A stretch of DNA of 64,000 nt from an uncultured candidate division Zixibacteria bacterium (GCA_963801605.1 CAWDFP010000006.1:992001-1056000); one strand, 5' to 3'. Counted from the first letter of the stretch, positions 9,941 to 21,546 are shown. Translations and numbers: made by a program. Notes: generated from the letters alone by a model not told the origin.

Positions 9941-10543
9941 ATGAAAGACAATCTGATAGTTTTAATTTTATTTTTGCTGCTTCTCGCGGGCAACTACTAT
10001 TACTATAACACCGTCATCGTGCCCCAGCCGGAGGAGATCAAATCTCTTCAGTCCCAGATCGAGGAGAAGAACAAACAGCTTCTGGCCGCCCAGATTCTGG
10101 CAGAAAAGCGCGAGGGTGTCACTCAGCTTATCCAGAACAACCTCATTACGAATCCGAACGATTCGCTGGCCGAGAAAGCTTCGGTGCCGTTTTTGCGCTA
10201 TCTAACACAGCATATGGATGAGCTTGATATCAGGCTGGTATCCATTACACCAATGGAAGTAATCGGCGCCGCTGATCCGGTTTCCGCGCAGCAAGCGAAA
10301 GAATATCTGGAAGTACCCTACGAACTAAAGGTCCTGGCCAGCTATGACGAGCTGGGCAAGTTTCTGGATGTTCTGGAGAAATCACCACATCTCATTAAGG
10401 TAGCCACATTTTCAGTCAGCAATGATCTGGACCAGGCATCGTTTTCCGAAGAGATCGCGGGCAAACCAAGACAGCATAGCATCAGCCTGCAAGTAAACAC
10501 CATAGCAATATTGAAAGCGAGTTTCAGAAGTGAACCGGGATAG
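9941..10543 (+). CDS. pilO: PilO-family protein
   Basis: TM plus coiled coil; EVPYELKVLASYDELGKFL..LE motif; synteny. Confidence 0.82.
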   Translation: MKDNLIVLILFLLLLAGNYYYYNTVIVPQPEEIKSLQSQIEEKNKQLLAAQILAEKREGVTQLIQNNLITNPNDSLAEKASVPFLRYLTQHMDELDIRLVSITPMEVIGAADPVSAQQAKEYLEVPYELKVLASYDELGKFLDVLEKSPHLIKVATFSVSNDLDQASFSEEIAGKPRQHSISLQVNTIAILKASFRSEPG

Positions 10544-11099
10544 CATAATAAAAGGGCTGGCCGTCCTTTCGGCCGTCGTATTGGTCCTCTTCGTGGGATT
10601 TCTGATCGTAAGGATCGTTCTGAACGATTATCGGAAAGATCTGAAAGCAGAACCCACCGAAGCGGTAACGCTTGACGCCAATGATGCCCTCAAGGCTACC
10701 ATCGATACTCTTGAGACATCCTGGCAGTCAATCCAGGCTTTCAACTTCAGAGCCCCTCAAGATCCGCTGCACCTTGGCAGAGTCATTAAGGACTTCACTT
10801 ACAGCAAGGCCGGTTTCCAGGAGACTGAGGAGGAAGATAATATCCGACTAACCGCAACGGTGGTCGATGATAATCCGAAAGCCATTATAAAATTTAGAAA
10901 TAAAAGTTACGTGGTACAGGTCGGCGAATCGATTGAAAACATTTACAGAGTCGTCAGCATCAGCAACAAACAAGTCGTCCTGGAAACCGCCAGTGGAAGA
11001 GTCGTGCTAAACAATAAACCCGTTCAGCAGTTGGAGAGCGAACCCGGGGGCGAATCGAATTTATCCAACAGTGGTGGTACGGAAGAAGGAAACTATTAG
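10530..11099 (+). CDS. PilP/GspC-like protein
   Basis: N-terminal TM, DP motif, AII...YVVQVGE.I...RVVSI....V fold; between pilO and secretin. Confidence 0.6.
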   Translation: MNRDSIIKGLAVLSAVVLVLFVGFLIVRIVLNDYRKDLKAEPTEAVTLDANDALKATIDTLETSWQSIQAFNFRAPQDPLHLGRVIKDFTYSKAGFQETEEEDNIRLTATVVDDNPKAIIKFRNKSYVVQVGESIENIYRVVSISNKQVVLETASGRVVLNNKPVQQLESEPGGESNLSNSGGTEEGNY

Positions 11100-11132
11100 C
11101 GTGAGATATCGCGGTATATTAAGGAGGACATC

Positions 11133-12656
11133 TTGATTAAAGCGTCCGTACAGGGATTGATTATGTGCCTGGTCATAGGAATCATCCTTTGGTTCGCCCC
11201 GGCAACATTCGGACAAGTCAAATCCCAGAATGTTACTACGCCGGAACAATTGCGAAGTGGGTTGACAAAAACCGTGACACTGGATGCTGACGATGCGTTT
11301 TTGCCGTCAATTTTAAGCATTCTGGCCGATAAATCCGGGTTTAATATTGTCACAGGCCCCGGAGTCAATACTCAGGAACGCATTTCTGTACATCTGAAAG
11401 ACACCCCTATCGAAGAAGCCATTAACCTCGTGGTTCGCGCCGCCGGTCTGGCTTATGAGATTGTGGGTAATTCGATTCTGGTGGCCGATGCCGCCGCTCT
11501 CCAACAGGAGATTGGTCTTGCGGCTCATGTAATCGATCTGAAATTTGCCAAAGCTGAAGAAGTCAAAGGCCTTCTTCAGGACCTTACTACCAAAGTTGAA
11601 ATTGATACTTCCGGCAATAAAATACTGGTTTTAGCCAGCCCTAAGGTCATTGCCGAGGTCAATAAAATCGTCGAGGCCATCGATGTCGCTCCGCCACAGA
11701 TCATGCTGGAAGCACGCTTGATCGAAGTTGCCACTGACGATCTCGATAAAGTTGGAATCGATTGGGAAAAGCTGTCTAACTTCACCACGGTTCTCGCCGA
11801 ATCACCGCTGGTTAAGGACGGTCTTACAGGCGCCACCGACGGTACTTCTCGGGCGCCAAACGAAAACGACTTTGGAGGCAACCTGCCTGATCTGGGTCAA
11901 TTGCCAGAGAAATACAGCTTCGAGAAGGTCGACGGTTTCGACAACACCTTTAAGTTCTCTCGTCAGCTTTATGCATTTGATATCGCTCTCGATTTCCTCA
12001 TGAAGAGAAATAAAGCCAAAGTTCTGGCTCATACACAGCTAACGACCCTGAACAATCGCGCTGCTACCATTTTGATCGGTGAGACGCTGCGCTGGGCGGT
12101 AACCTCGCAGCAGAACGCTATCGTTGTCACCGACTCGGTAGGTATCAAGTTGCAGATTACCCCAACCATCAATTCCGACGGCTACATTACGACCAGGGTA
12201 ACACCCGAGGTTTCCTCCATTACCGAGTTGGTTTTGGGTATCTATCCGCGCAAGAAGATCAGGACTGCTTCAACCACCGTGCTGGTAAAAGACGGTCAGC
12301 AAATCTTCATAGGCGGCCTGTTCTCAGTTCAGGATGCTAAAGTTGAGTTCAAGATGCCGTTGTTTGCCAATATTCCGCTTATTGGTAAGTTATTTACACA
12401 TACTTATAACTCTGTTCAGAAGACCGATCTCCTGATAGAAATCACTCCTCGGGTAGTTCGCGAAGGAGTGAGCTACAGCGATGCTCGCAATTTAACCAGC
12501 AACGGTGTACGTGTTCTCGATGAAGGCCAAACGACTAATTTACGAGGCCTGATGCCTGAATTGGATTCGCTGGATGCCAGCAAGTCGGAAGCCCTGGACA
12601 TAAAGAAAGATCAGAAGGAAATTGTAAAACCATATGAACAAAGAACAAAGAAATAG
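11133..12656 (+). CDS. pilQ: secretin (PilQ/GspD family), short N-terminus
   Basis: QIMLEARLIEV, GIKLQITPTI, VLVKDGQ, IPLIGKLF, LLIEITPRVV; TTG start after aaggagg. Confidence 0.9.
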   Translation: MIKASVQGLIMCLVIGIILWFAPATFGQVKSQNVTTPEQLRSGLTKTVTLDADDAFLPSILSILADKSGFNIVTGPGVNTQERISVHLKDTPIEEAINLVVRAAGLAYEIVGNSILVADAAALQQEIGLAAHVIDLKFAKAEEVKGLLQDLTTKVEIDTSGNKILVLASPKVIAEVNKIVEAIDVAPPQIMLEARLIEVATDDLDKVGIDWEKLSNFTTVLAESPLVKDGLTGATDGTSRAPNENDFGGNLPDLGQLPEKYSFEKVDGFDNTFKFSRQLYAFDIALDFLMKRNKAKVLAHTQLTTLNNRAATILIGETLRWAVTSQQNAIVVTDSVGIKLQITPTINSDGYITTRVTPEVSSITELVLGIYPRKKIRTASTTVLVKDGQQIFIGGLFSVQDAKVEFKMPLFANIPLIGKLFTHTYNSVQKTDLLIEITPRVVREGVSYSDARNLTSNGVRVLDEGQTTNLRGLMPELDSLDASKSEALDIKKDQKEIVKPYEQRTKK

Positions 12657-12699
12657 AGAATCTATGTCTCTGCCAACCCACCCATATAAGGAGGTGAAC

Positions 12700-15504
12700 A
12701 TGGCAACCAACAAATTCTACAAATTGGTTGTTTATGGCTGCATAGTAATGGCGATACTAATGGCTGCCGCTATGCTATCGTGTGACAAGAGAAACGCGGT
12801 AAGCAGTCCCGAAAATGGGGGAGGTGTACCCGGAATCAGCAATATTCTCGTATCGCTGAATCCTAATCAGCTCCGACTTGCATCGAGGGATGCCATCGAC
12901 ACGGTTCAGGTTTTAATTGCCGTGGTCGATTCCAACGGCGTTGGCGTGCCGAAAGTTCAGGTACACGTCACCCGTACTCCCAGCATCGGCTTTCTAACTC
13001 AACCTGACAGCACCGATGATATGGGCCAAACCAGAGCCCTCTTCGTTGCCGAACCTGGCGTGTATGATACCACCAGAATTAAAGTCAACGTCGGTAATAT
13101 TATCCAAACAGCGCTTTTGGCAATCAGCGGGCCGACACGTTACACTCTAAATTTGACGTTCTCCCCGCCGATTCCCAAACTGATCGACCATGAGGCCGCT
13201 CCCTATACAATCACAGGCAACCTGGTAGATTCAACTCAAAGAGGAGTTTCCGGTCAGCAGGTCATTTTCGCCGTGTTAAATCAAGTAGGCAGGATTGGAT
13301 TTTCCGATCCCAACACGACAGTTCCTGTAACGAACAGCCAGGGTCTTGTGGAAGCGCTCTTCTATAATACTGAAACCGATGAAATAATGCTTCCTGATAC
13401 CGCTGTTATTCAGGCTGTTACGCGCGCTCCATCCGGATCGGGATTCTTATCCGCCGATGTGAAGGTGCCGCTCAGGCCTGTTCATAACTCATTAACTCTT
13501 CAAGCCACTCCGTCAACTATTGTTGGTGACGGCGCCAGCAGCGTTTCCATCAGGGCTTTCCTGCTCGATACCGATGGTCATGGTATCGTGGGAGACACCG
13601 TAAAATTCAGCAATCCCACCCATGATGGTTACCTGTTAGCAAACGCAATCACTGATGCTAACGGTATTGCCACCAATAATTTTACTCCGTTCGCCGGCCG
13701 CGACACGACGATAATAACTCGAATCGTAGCCGATTATAAAGCCGGTTCACCCGTACATCAGGCAATCTCTACGGTGAATGTAACAGTGTCACCGATACGT
13801 TCGATAGGGTTTATCACCCTTTCGCTTCAGAAACAGAATGTCGTTGCCAACGCAGCTGATTCCTCGGCTATTTTTATCACAGTCCAGGATTCGACTGGCG
13901 GGCTTATCGCTGACGGCACGATTATACATCTTGAGCATAGCGGCATCGGCGTTCTCTCGGCGCCGCAAGTTACAACCACTGATGGTCAGGCCAGAGCCAA
14001 GATTACAGGACCTGCCAATATCAATGGTGGCCCCAGCACTAAGGTTGATACGATAACAGTTTGGGGAAATGTGACTGACTCAACTGTCATTAAAGCGTCG
14101 GCGGTAGTCAATTATATTCCGGGCAACATTTTCCAAATGGCTTTTGTAAGCCCTGATTCAACCGTTAATCTCGTTGCTGGGTCGGGCGATACGTGCTCAG
14201 TATGGGTTCTGGCTGTCGACGTCAACGGTAATCCAGTGGCCAACGGCACTCAGATTTCATTTCGTAATACGCCAGTTATCTCTTCGTCTCTAACTCCGCA
14301 GGCCGCAGGCACATTTGACGGATATGCCAGGAGCATATATCTGGTCGGCTCGGGCACCGGCGACGATAACGTTACCGCCTGGATTACTAATCCCACGAAC
14401 GCGAATGATACTATCAGAACAGTACATCCGATCGTCTTCCGCTGCCTTTCATCATCAGCAACTACTCTTGAACTTTCAGCCAGCCAGACCAATATCGAAG
14501 TTGGCGGAACTTCAACTCAGATCATTGCCACTCTTCAGGATGCTTATGGCAATCCGCTCTCCGAGGGCTATTGGGTGAGCTTTGATATAACTGTATCGCC
14601 AGGTGCAGATCCTATTGATAAACCATCTTTCGATACGCAACAACTCACCCAACACGATACGGTCGCAACCAACATTAACGGCCAGGCTATTCTGCAGTTA
14701 TATTCCGGACGTAGAGCTGGCGCGGTCTCTATCAGAGCCTGCACTGTCCCTCTGCCGCCGGAATCGCTATTTGTTTGCAACGAGAAATCGCTAGTGACCA
14801 TCTCTTCAGGTCCGCCCGATCACATCAATTTCGCTTTTTCCAGTAATGGCGAAGCCGAACCGCCGGCACGTTTCGTGCAGGTTGGCGCCGTGGTTGGCGA
14901 CCGTTTCAGTAACGATGTTCAATATGGGACAGCGGTTTATTTCAGCTTGATTCCCAATGACCGCGCAAATATCGAGGGTGATTCTTATACTGGAGGCGCC
15001 AGGCAGTATCATCCTGATTCCACTGCCGGTGTAGCATATACCAGGATCATATATGGCTGTCTTGCCACTTTTAAAGGCATCCAGGTTATTGCCTCTTCTG
15101 CTGGTGATTCTATCGAAGTTGTTGATACTTCCGGTACTTATACACTTCCGATTTTTGAGGGTGAGATAGGTCTCATGGCCAATCCGGGAGCGCTCTGGAC
15201 TCCTAACCAAAACCAAACTTCGACTGATACGGCTTTTATTACAGCCTCACTAATTGACGGCGGTGGTTGCGCGATTGAGGGTGGAATTATCACTTTCGTC
15301 GCTCAAGTAGCAGGAGAAATTCTGCCTCCGAGTACTGATACCACCGATGTCAACGGTTTAGCAACCTGTCGGTTCGTCATTCACGGTAATCAAATACCTC
15401 GCTTGCCGGACGGCCGTGCCACGATCGATGCTGGTGTCAAGGCAACCTTGATGCAAAAGACATCGGTCTTTAGCGTGATTAATATCACCTGTTCTACTCC
15501 TTAG
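12700..15504 (+). CDS. lipoprotein with tandem bacterial Ig-like (Big_1/invasin-type) domains
   Basis: ATG 12700 after aaggaggtg; lipobox MLSC; repeated D..G.PV..G..I.F and T..NG.A motifs. Confidence 0.8.
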   Translation: MATNKFYKLVVYGCIVMAILMAAAMLSCDKRNAVSSPENGGGVPGISNILVSLNPNQLRLASRDAIDTVQVLIAVVDSNGVGVPKVQVHVTRTPSIGFLTQPDSTDDMGQTRALFVAEPGVYDTTRIKVNVGNIIQTALLAISGPTRYTLNLTFSPPIPKLIDHEAAPYTITGNLVDSTQRGVSGQQVIFAVLNQVGRIGFSDPNTTVPVTNSQGLVEALFYNTETDEIMLPDTAVIQAVTRAPSGSGFLSADVKVPLRPVHNSLTLQATPSTIVGDGASSVSIRAFLLDTDGHGIVGDTVKFSNPTHDGYLLANAITDANGIATNNFTPFAGRDTTIITRIVADYKAGSPVHQAISTVNVTVSPIRSIGFITLSLQKQNVVANAADSSAIFITVQDSTGGLIADGTIIHLEHSGIGVLSAPQVTTTDGQARAKITGPANINGGPSTKVDTITVWGNVTDSTVIKASAVVNYIPGNIFQMAFVSPDSTVNLVAGSGDTCSVWVLAVDVNGNPVANGTQISFRNTPVISSSLTPQAAGTFDGYARSIYLVGSGTGDDNVTAWITNPTNANDTIRTVHPIVFRCLSSSATTLELSASQTNIEVGGTSTQIIATLQDAYGNPLSEGYWVSFDITVSPGADPIDKPSFDTQQLTQHDTVATNINGQAILQLYSGRRAGAVSIRACTVPLPPESLFVCNEKSLVTISSGPPDHINFAFSSNGEAEPPARFVQVGAVVGDRFSNDVQYGTAVYFSLIPNDRANIEGDSYTGGARQYHPDSTAGVAYTRIIYGCLATFKGIQVIASSAGDSIEVVDTSGTYTLPIFEGEIGLMANPGALWTPNQNQTSTDTAFITASLIDGGGCAIEGGIITFVAQVAGEILPPSTDTTDVNGLATCRFVIHGNQIPRLPDGRATIDAGVKATLMQKTSVFSVINITCSTP

Positions 15505-15532
15505 GAGTAAAGCGTGATTTAGGAGCAGCAAC

Positions 15533-15566
15533 GGTAGAAGCTTGCCTGCGAGGGCAAGCTTCTGCC
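15533..15566 (+). other. strong intergenic hairpin without U-tract
   Basis: AGAAGCTTGCC / GGCAAGCTTCT perfect 11-bp stem enclosing a GCGA tetraloop. Confidence 0.6.
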
Positions 15567-15673
15567 TAAACAAGGTAACAATTTGGAGAGCAGCAAAAGA
15601 CTGATGGAAGTTCCGTGGGCCGGGTTATGAGTTCTATATCCGCGCCAGAGCACCCTTAAATAAGGAAGTGGCC

Positions 15674-18166
15674 ATGGCTACCAAAGTCTTAAGGCTGAAA
15701 ATCGCGGGAAAAATCCCCGTAATAGTAGTAGCGATTCTGGCGCTGCTCTCATGCGATAGAAGGCATGTGACAAATCCGATTAATTTCCCGGTTCAAGTGG
15801 GAAATATTTTAGTATCATTATCACCGCCGCAGGTTCACCTACCTTCTACAGAGGCTATTGACTCAGTTCAGATTATGATTGCAGTATTGGATTCTCAGGG
15901 CGTAGGTATGCCCAATATTAATGTTCATGTAACGAGGACACCAGCGATCGGTTTTGTCTCCCAACCTGATTCAACTGATTCCCTGGGTATAACGAGCGCC
16001 TTGTATATTACGGATCCCGGTATTTTTGATAGTGTATGGATAAACGCCGCTGCGGGTAATAAATCAGATTCCGCGCTTTTGGTTATTAGCCCATCGGTTA
16101 ATTCACCCCGCAAGATAGTTGTCTCTCCGCATGAGGCCAATCTTATATCCGGCGAAATCGACACGTTCACCCTGTTTGTCACGGTATTAGATTCTCTTGG
16201 CTTGCCCGTTAACGAAAGCGATACTGTTTATTTGGAAAATACGGGCAGAGCCACGTTATCTTTAAACAATGTATTAACCATAGGCGGCCGCGGCCAGGCC
16301 TTGATTACTCTAACTCCTCCCGCAAATATGCCCGGTTACATCGGACCAGATACCATATTTGTTCGGGGTTCCGATAATGAACAAAGTCTTGAGCCAGATA
16401 CTGTGATTGCTCATTTTATAGCGGGAAATTCGCTTCACAGCATTGTGGTCTCACTACAAAAACCCAATCTGGTAGCCAATGGGCTCGATACAACATCTAT
16501 AAATGCTATCGTCACCGATCCTTCGGGTAATCCGGTTCCCGATGGCACTACAATCTATTTGAATAACACCGGTGTGGGACTTCTAAGCCAAACCCAATTG
16601 ACAACGATCAATGGACAGGCCAGGGGCAAGATAACTGCTCCGATTAATATTATACATCGCCCCAATGTCGATACAGTTTTCGTTCGCAATTTTCCCGGTG
16701 ATTCGGCTAACGTGGCTGATACGGCGATTGTACATTACATACCGGGCCCAATCCATCAAATGGCGTTCATTTATCCTGAAACTACGGTGACATTAGTTGC
16801 CGGTTCGGGCGATACCTGCTCAGTCATATTAAGCGCCACTGATGCCAACGGAAATCCGGTTTCCCCTGGCACACAGATTGTTTTCGGACACACTCTTCCA
16901 TGTTCGAACTTGATTCCCCAGCCCCAGGATACCGTAAATGGATACTTCAGAAATATCTATCAGGTGGGCGATTGCACCGGCGATGATAATGTCACCGCCT
17001 GGATTGTATAACCCCGTCAACCCCAACGATACTATTCGGACTGAACACCCGGTTGTTTTTCGCTGCATCGCTCCGAGCAGGCGAGCTTGGAGTTAAGCAC
17101 ACCGAATGACAGCATCCCGGTTGGAGGTGCATCCACGATGGTGATAGCCACGGTTTTGGATGAGAATGGCAATCCGTATGGCGGCGGAAACCCATATTGG
17201 GATGGAGTATTAGTAGCTTTTGGTATTATGGATTCCACTGGCGGTGCGTCGTTTGATTCTTTGAACCAAGTGCGGTATGATACGGTATGGACGAATATTA
17301 ACAGCCAGGCGATTGTCCAACTGTTTTCTGGCCATAGGGCAGGAACTGTCTCAATCAGGGCCTGCACAGTACCCGAACCGCCGGATTCGCTTTATCGTTG
17401 CGATCGAAAGGCCGCTGGTAACCATAACTCCCGGGCCGCCGGAACAGATCATGTATTCATTTATTGGGCCACCTGAGCGACTGCCTGGTGAACCGGCAAT
17501 ATATTGTGTTGTGGCCGCGAGCATAGTTGATGAATACTTAAATCCGGTTGAATATGGCACTCCTGTGTCATTTCAGCCTGATTCCAAATGATTTAGCAAA
17601 TATTGATGGCGACTCTTATACAGGAGGCGGCAGACCTTATTATCCTGATTCGTGCGCCGGAACGGCTTATTCCGGTAATATATGGCTGCTTACTACATTT
17701 AGGTCTGTCAGAATTGTAGCCCAGTGCCGGAGATTCCGCTCAGATCGTAGATACATCAACAGTGTTTTCGCTTCCGATTTGCGAAGGGCGGATAGGTATT
17801 ATGGCCAATCCCGGCAGCCTTCATACAGCAAATGATAGTTGTGACTGCCATCAAGCGCCATACTTGGGTTGCCGTGATACATCGTTTATTACAGCAACTT
17901 TGATATGCATGGATGGATGCCCTGTTGCAGGCGGAATTGTGACTTTTACTGCCGAAGTAGCCGGGCAAATCCTTCCCTATAACGTCGATACAACCGATGT
18001 CAACGGGCAGGCGGCTTGTCGCTATATGATTCGCGGATGTGATATACCTTGCGATGATAATGGATGCAGTGTTGTAACAATTGTAAGGGCGGCTCTTGTA
18101 CAAAATCCCTCCATATTTAGTACGGTTGAGATTACCTGTTCAAGACCACCAAATAGAATGAGGTAG
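15674..18166 (+). CDS. paralogous Ig-like repeat lipoprotein, broken by at least five frameshifts (17000-17760)
   Basis: Lipobox LLSC; ORFs 15668-17011, 17087-17476, 17277-17591, 17548-17835 and 17762-18166 align collinearly with 12700-15504. Confidence 0.75.
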
Positions 18167-18168
18167 TA

Positions 18169-19872
18169 ATGCAGTTATTAGGAGAAGTGCTCCTTAAGGA
18201 GAAGCTTATCGCCGAAGATAAGCTGCAGTTAGGGCTGAAAAAACAGAAGGAGAACGGCAAGAGACTCGGCGAAGTTTTGCTCTCCGAAGGTTTGATTACC
18301 GACGAAAAACTGGCGTTTGGCCTGTCCCGTCAGCTTGGCGTACCGCTTATGACTACCGAGAGTTTGATGAAAGTCGATAAAGCGGCGCTGGAATTAATTC
18401 CCGAGTTTTTCGCCCGCGAATATCACTGTATGGCGTATGGCAAAGAAGATGATACTATTCAGGTAGTTTTAGTGGACCCGGAAGATATCGTGGTCCTCGA
18501 CAACCTGCATAAAATCACTTCTTACCAGCTTAGCATCAGCATTGCCCCGCAACTGATTATCGATGAAGCTATCGAGCGTCATTATAAAGAGTTGCGTACT
18601 ACGGGTGAGGTTTCCGAGGCCTTGTCAGGCATGGATTTTATCATCTCATCCGATGGCCACGAAATCGATGATATCGATGTCAACAAGCTTAAAGCCGAGC
18701 TCGATGAAGCGCCGATCGTAAAGTTGGTCAATCTTATCATCTCCGAGGCTATTAAAAGCCGGGCCACGGATATTCACATCGAGCCGCTGTTCGATGCGCT
18801 TCTTATCAGGTACAGAATTGATGGCGCCTTGCAGGAGATCATGACTGCTCCGCAGAAATCGGCAATGGCTATAATCTCCCGTATCAAGATTATGGCCAAC
18901 CTTAATATTGCTGAGCGGCGCTTACCTCAGGATGGTCGTATTACAATCAAGACTCCGGATAAGGAAGTCGACGTCCGTGTATCGCTTCTGCCGACAGTGC
19001 GCGGTGAAAAGATCGTGATGAGGTTGCTCGATAAAAAGGGATTTGAGTTTACTCTGACCAATCTTGGTTTCGAAAACGATATGCTTCAGATCTTCCGCAA
19101 GTGGATCACGATGCCCTACGGTATGATTATCGTATCAGGTCCTACCGGAAGCGGTAAATCCACCACGTTGCATGCCGCTTTGAAGTCCGTGCAAAATGAG
19201 GAAGACAATATCGTTACCGTAGAAGATCCGGTAGAGTATCAGATCGATAAGATCAACCAGGTTGCGACCAACGATTCAATCGGATTGACTTTCGGAACCA
19301 CCCTGAGACATATCTTAAGACAGGACCCTGATAAGATTCTAATCGGAGAAATTCGCGACCAGGAGACTGCCGATATCGCGGTGAAATTCTCTCTAACCGG
19401 TCACCTGGTGTTTACTACCCTGCACGCCAACGATGCACCATCAACTATTACCAGGCTTCTGGATATCGGGATGCCGCGCTATCTAACCGGCTCGGTGACA
19501 AACCTGGTCATGGCTCAGCGCTTGGTAAGAACAATCTGCAAGGCCTGCAAATATGAATATCCCGCTACCGTCGAAGAGTTAAAAACTCTCAAGATGGATC
19601 CTGATAAGTACAAAGGCGCCACCTTCTTTAAGGGCAAAGGATGTGTCCGCTGTCGTAATACCGGCTCCTTTGGCCGTACCGCCCTGTTCGAACTCATGGA
19701 GATGAAGCTTCCGCTCAGAAAGGTAATTTTCGAGGGCAAGAATGAGGACGATGTCAGGTTGGAAGCTATCAGAAATGGTATGGTCACACTAAGAGATGCC
19801 GGTATCAGAAAAGCTCTGGCGGGCGTCGTCTCAGCCGAGGAAATCCTTAAGAAGACTGTGAATGAGGATTAA
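18169..19872 (+). CDS. pilB: pilus extension ATPase PilB/GspE family
   Basis: MshEN-like N-terminus, ERRLPQDG, GPTGSGKS, LRQDPD, CxxC..CxxC. Confidence 0.9.
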   Translation: MQLLGEVLLKEKLIAEDKLQLGLKKQKENGKRLGEVLLSEGLITDEKLAFGLSRQLGVPLMTTESLMKVDKAALELIPEFFAREYHCMAYGKEDDTIQVVLVDPEDIVVLDNLHKITSYQLSISIAPQLIIDEAIERHYKELRTTGEVSEALSGMDFIISSDGHEIDDIDVNKLKAELDEAPIVKLVNLIISEAIKSRATDIHIEPLFDALLIRYRIDGALQEIMTAPQKSAMAIISRIKIMANLNIAERRLPQDGRITIKTPDKEVDVRVSLLPTVRGEKIVMRLLDKKGFEFTLTNLGFENDMLQIFRKWITMPYGMIIVSGPTGSGKSTTLHAALKSVQNEEDNIVTVEDPVEYQIDKINQVATNDSIGLTFGTTLRHILRQDPDKILIGEIRDQETADIAVKFSLTGHLVFTTLHANDAPSTITRLLDIGMPRYLTGSVTNLVMAQRLVRTICKACKYEYPATVEELKTLKMDPDKYKGATFFKGKGCVRCRNTGSFGRTALFELMEMKLPLRKVIFEGKNEDDVRLEAIRNGMVTLRDAGIRKALAGVVSAEEILKKTVNED

Positions 19873-19920
19873 TATAATAGTTCAAACGGGGAGCAAATGC
19901 CCCGCAGGAGAGAGTCATAA

Positions 19921-21174
19921 ATGGCAACTTTTTCTTATGTAGTAAAAGACAGCAAGGGTAATAAGCACGAAGGAACCATTTCGGCAAACTCCCTCGATGC
20001 TGCCCTGAATAAGCTCCGGGAGTCGGGCCAGACTGTAATTTCGGTGCTCGATACCAAGCTGACGGAAGCGGGCAGGCAGCGGGGCCTGATCGACGAAATA
20101 ACTCTTTATATCTATAAGCTTCGGACTCGTGTTCCGCTGGGAACGCTGGTATTTTTTACCAGCCAGATGGCTACCATGTTTTCAGCCGGTTTGACGATTG
20201 AAAAAGCTCTGAATAACCTGCTTTATGAAGAGTCAAACAAGAAGTTCAAAAAAATCGTAGCCCAACTTCTCAACGATGTTAAAAAGGGTTTCTCGATGTC
20301 GGATGCTATGGAACGGCATCCCGGCGTATTTTCGCCTCTCTATATTGCGTTAGTGCGCTCGGGTGAAATTTCAGGCTCCTTGCACGGTGTACTGGAAGAA
20401 CTCGCCGACTATTTGGAGTTTATCCAGGATACCAAGCGTAAAATCCTTTCGGCCATGTCATATCCCGCCTTCGTGGTTATGGTGTTGACAGGCCTGACTA
20501 TCGTGTTGATGACCTGGGTAGTGCCGATGTTCGAAGGAGTATATGCCAAATTTAACGCCAAGCTTCCCGTTCCGACCCAGGTTCTTATTCATGTTTCTGA
20601 TGTAATTACCGCCAACTTTTTCTATACGCTAATTGGTGTTATTCTTCTGACGGCGGGATTTATTGTAGTCAGCTTGACCGAAACCGGGCGAAAAGTAATC
20701 GACAGAATTAAACTTAAAATTCCAATTATTAATACCATCATCACCAACTCCCTGATGAGTAAATTCTGCCGAACCTTTGGAATGCTTTTGGGCGCGGGCG
20801 TGCCGGTGGTGGATTCCATGAACCTGGTATACAGGGTTATGGATAATGTTCATTATAAGGCGGCGGTGCGCGAGGCGACGGGCTTGGTTAGAGATGGTTA
20901 CTCAATCGCAGCCTCTCTTAAGAAAACCGACGCTTTCCCCAATACTCTGATTTCCCTGGCGGCCACGGGCGAGGAAACCGGAGATATGGATAAGATGCTT
21001 ACCAAAGCCGCGCAGTTTTATGACAAACAACTCGAAGCGGTTATTACCCGTTTGACATCGCTGATCGAGCCGATGCTGATCGTGCTGATCGCCATTGTCA
21101 TCGGGACTATCGTTATCATCATTTATCTGCCGGTGTTTTATCTCGGTTTTGCCTTCAGAAAAGGTATCAGTTAA
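19921..21174 (+). CDS. pilC: platform protein PilC/GspF
   Basis: FTSQMATMFSAG, GEISGSL, MSYP, GEETGDM, LIEP. Confidence 0.9.
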   Translation: MATFSYVVKDSKGNKHEGTISANSLDAALNKLRESGQTVISVLDTKLTEAGRQRGLIDEITLYIYKLRTRVPLGTLVFFTSQMATMFSAGLTIEKALNNLLYEESNKKFKKIVAQLLNDVKKGFSMSDAMERHPGVFSPLYIALVRSGEISGSLHGVLEELADYLEFIQDTKRKILSAMSYPAFVVMVLTGLTIVLMTWVVPMFEGVYAKFNAKLPVPTQVLIHVSDVITANFFYTLIGVILLTAGFIVVSLTETGRKVIDRIKLKIPIINTIITNSLMSKFCRTFGMLLGAGVPVVDSMNLVYRVMDNVHYKAAVREATGLVRDGYSIAASLKKTDAFPNTLISLAATGEETGDMDKMLTKAAQFYDKQLEAVITRLTSLIEPMLIVLIAIVIGTIVIIIYLPVFYLGFAFRKGIS

Positions 21175-21198
21175 AAAAGCGTTGATACTTTAAGATTG

Positions 21199-21236
21199 AA
21201 CCACCGTTTCGGCTTGCCGAGACGGTGGTTTTTTTT
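21199..21236 (+). terminator. intrinsic terminator ending T4P locus 1
   Basis: AACCACCGTTTCGGC-TT-GCCGAGACGGTGGTT followed by T-run. Confidence 0.88.
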
Positions 21237-21546
21237 ATTTGTTCCAGCGACCCTATAAGGATGCACTAAAGCATTGCTCATAAAGCCCGAATATTCTTAA
21301 ATAGGAATCAGGATAAATTTGAAAAAATTTCAACAAAATAGGTGCACTTTTGGCTTACTTGGAGTATTAAATAGCTGTGAAAAGGCGTCTGAAGGTATTT
21401 ATTGGGCCGGATACCGATTGGCTTGTGGGGGAGCCCATCGCGGATGCGTTTCTATCGGTAGATTACCTGATTTCCTGTATCGTTTTTCCCGTCGGGAAAC
21501 GCCTATCAGCAGGGAAAATGGGCACAAAATGAGCGTATAAATAGAT

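Noticed and set aside
21267..21293. TAAA-N15-CCCGAATA as a third sigma28 site
   Set aside because: -10 element too divergent to support
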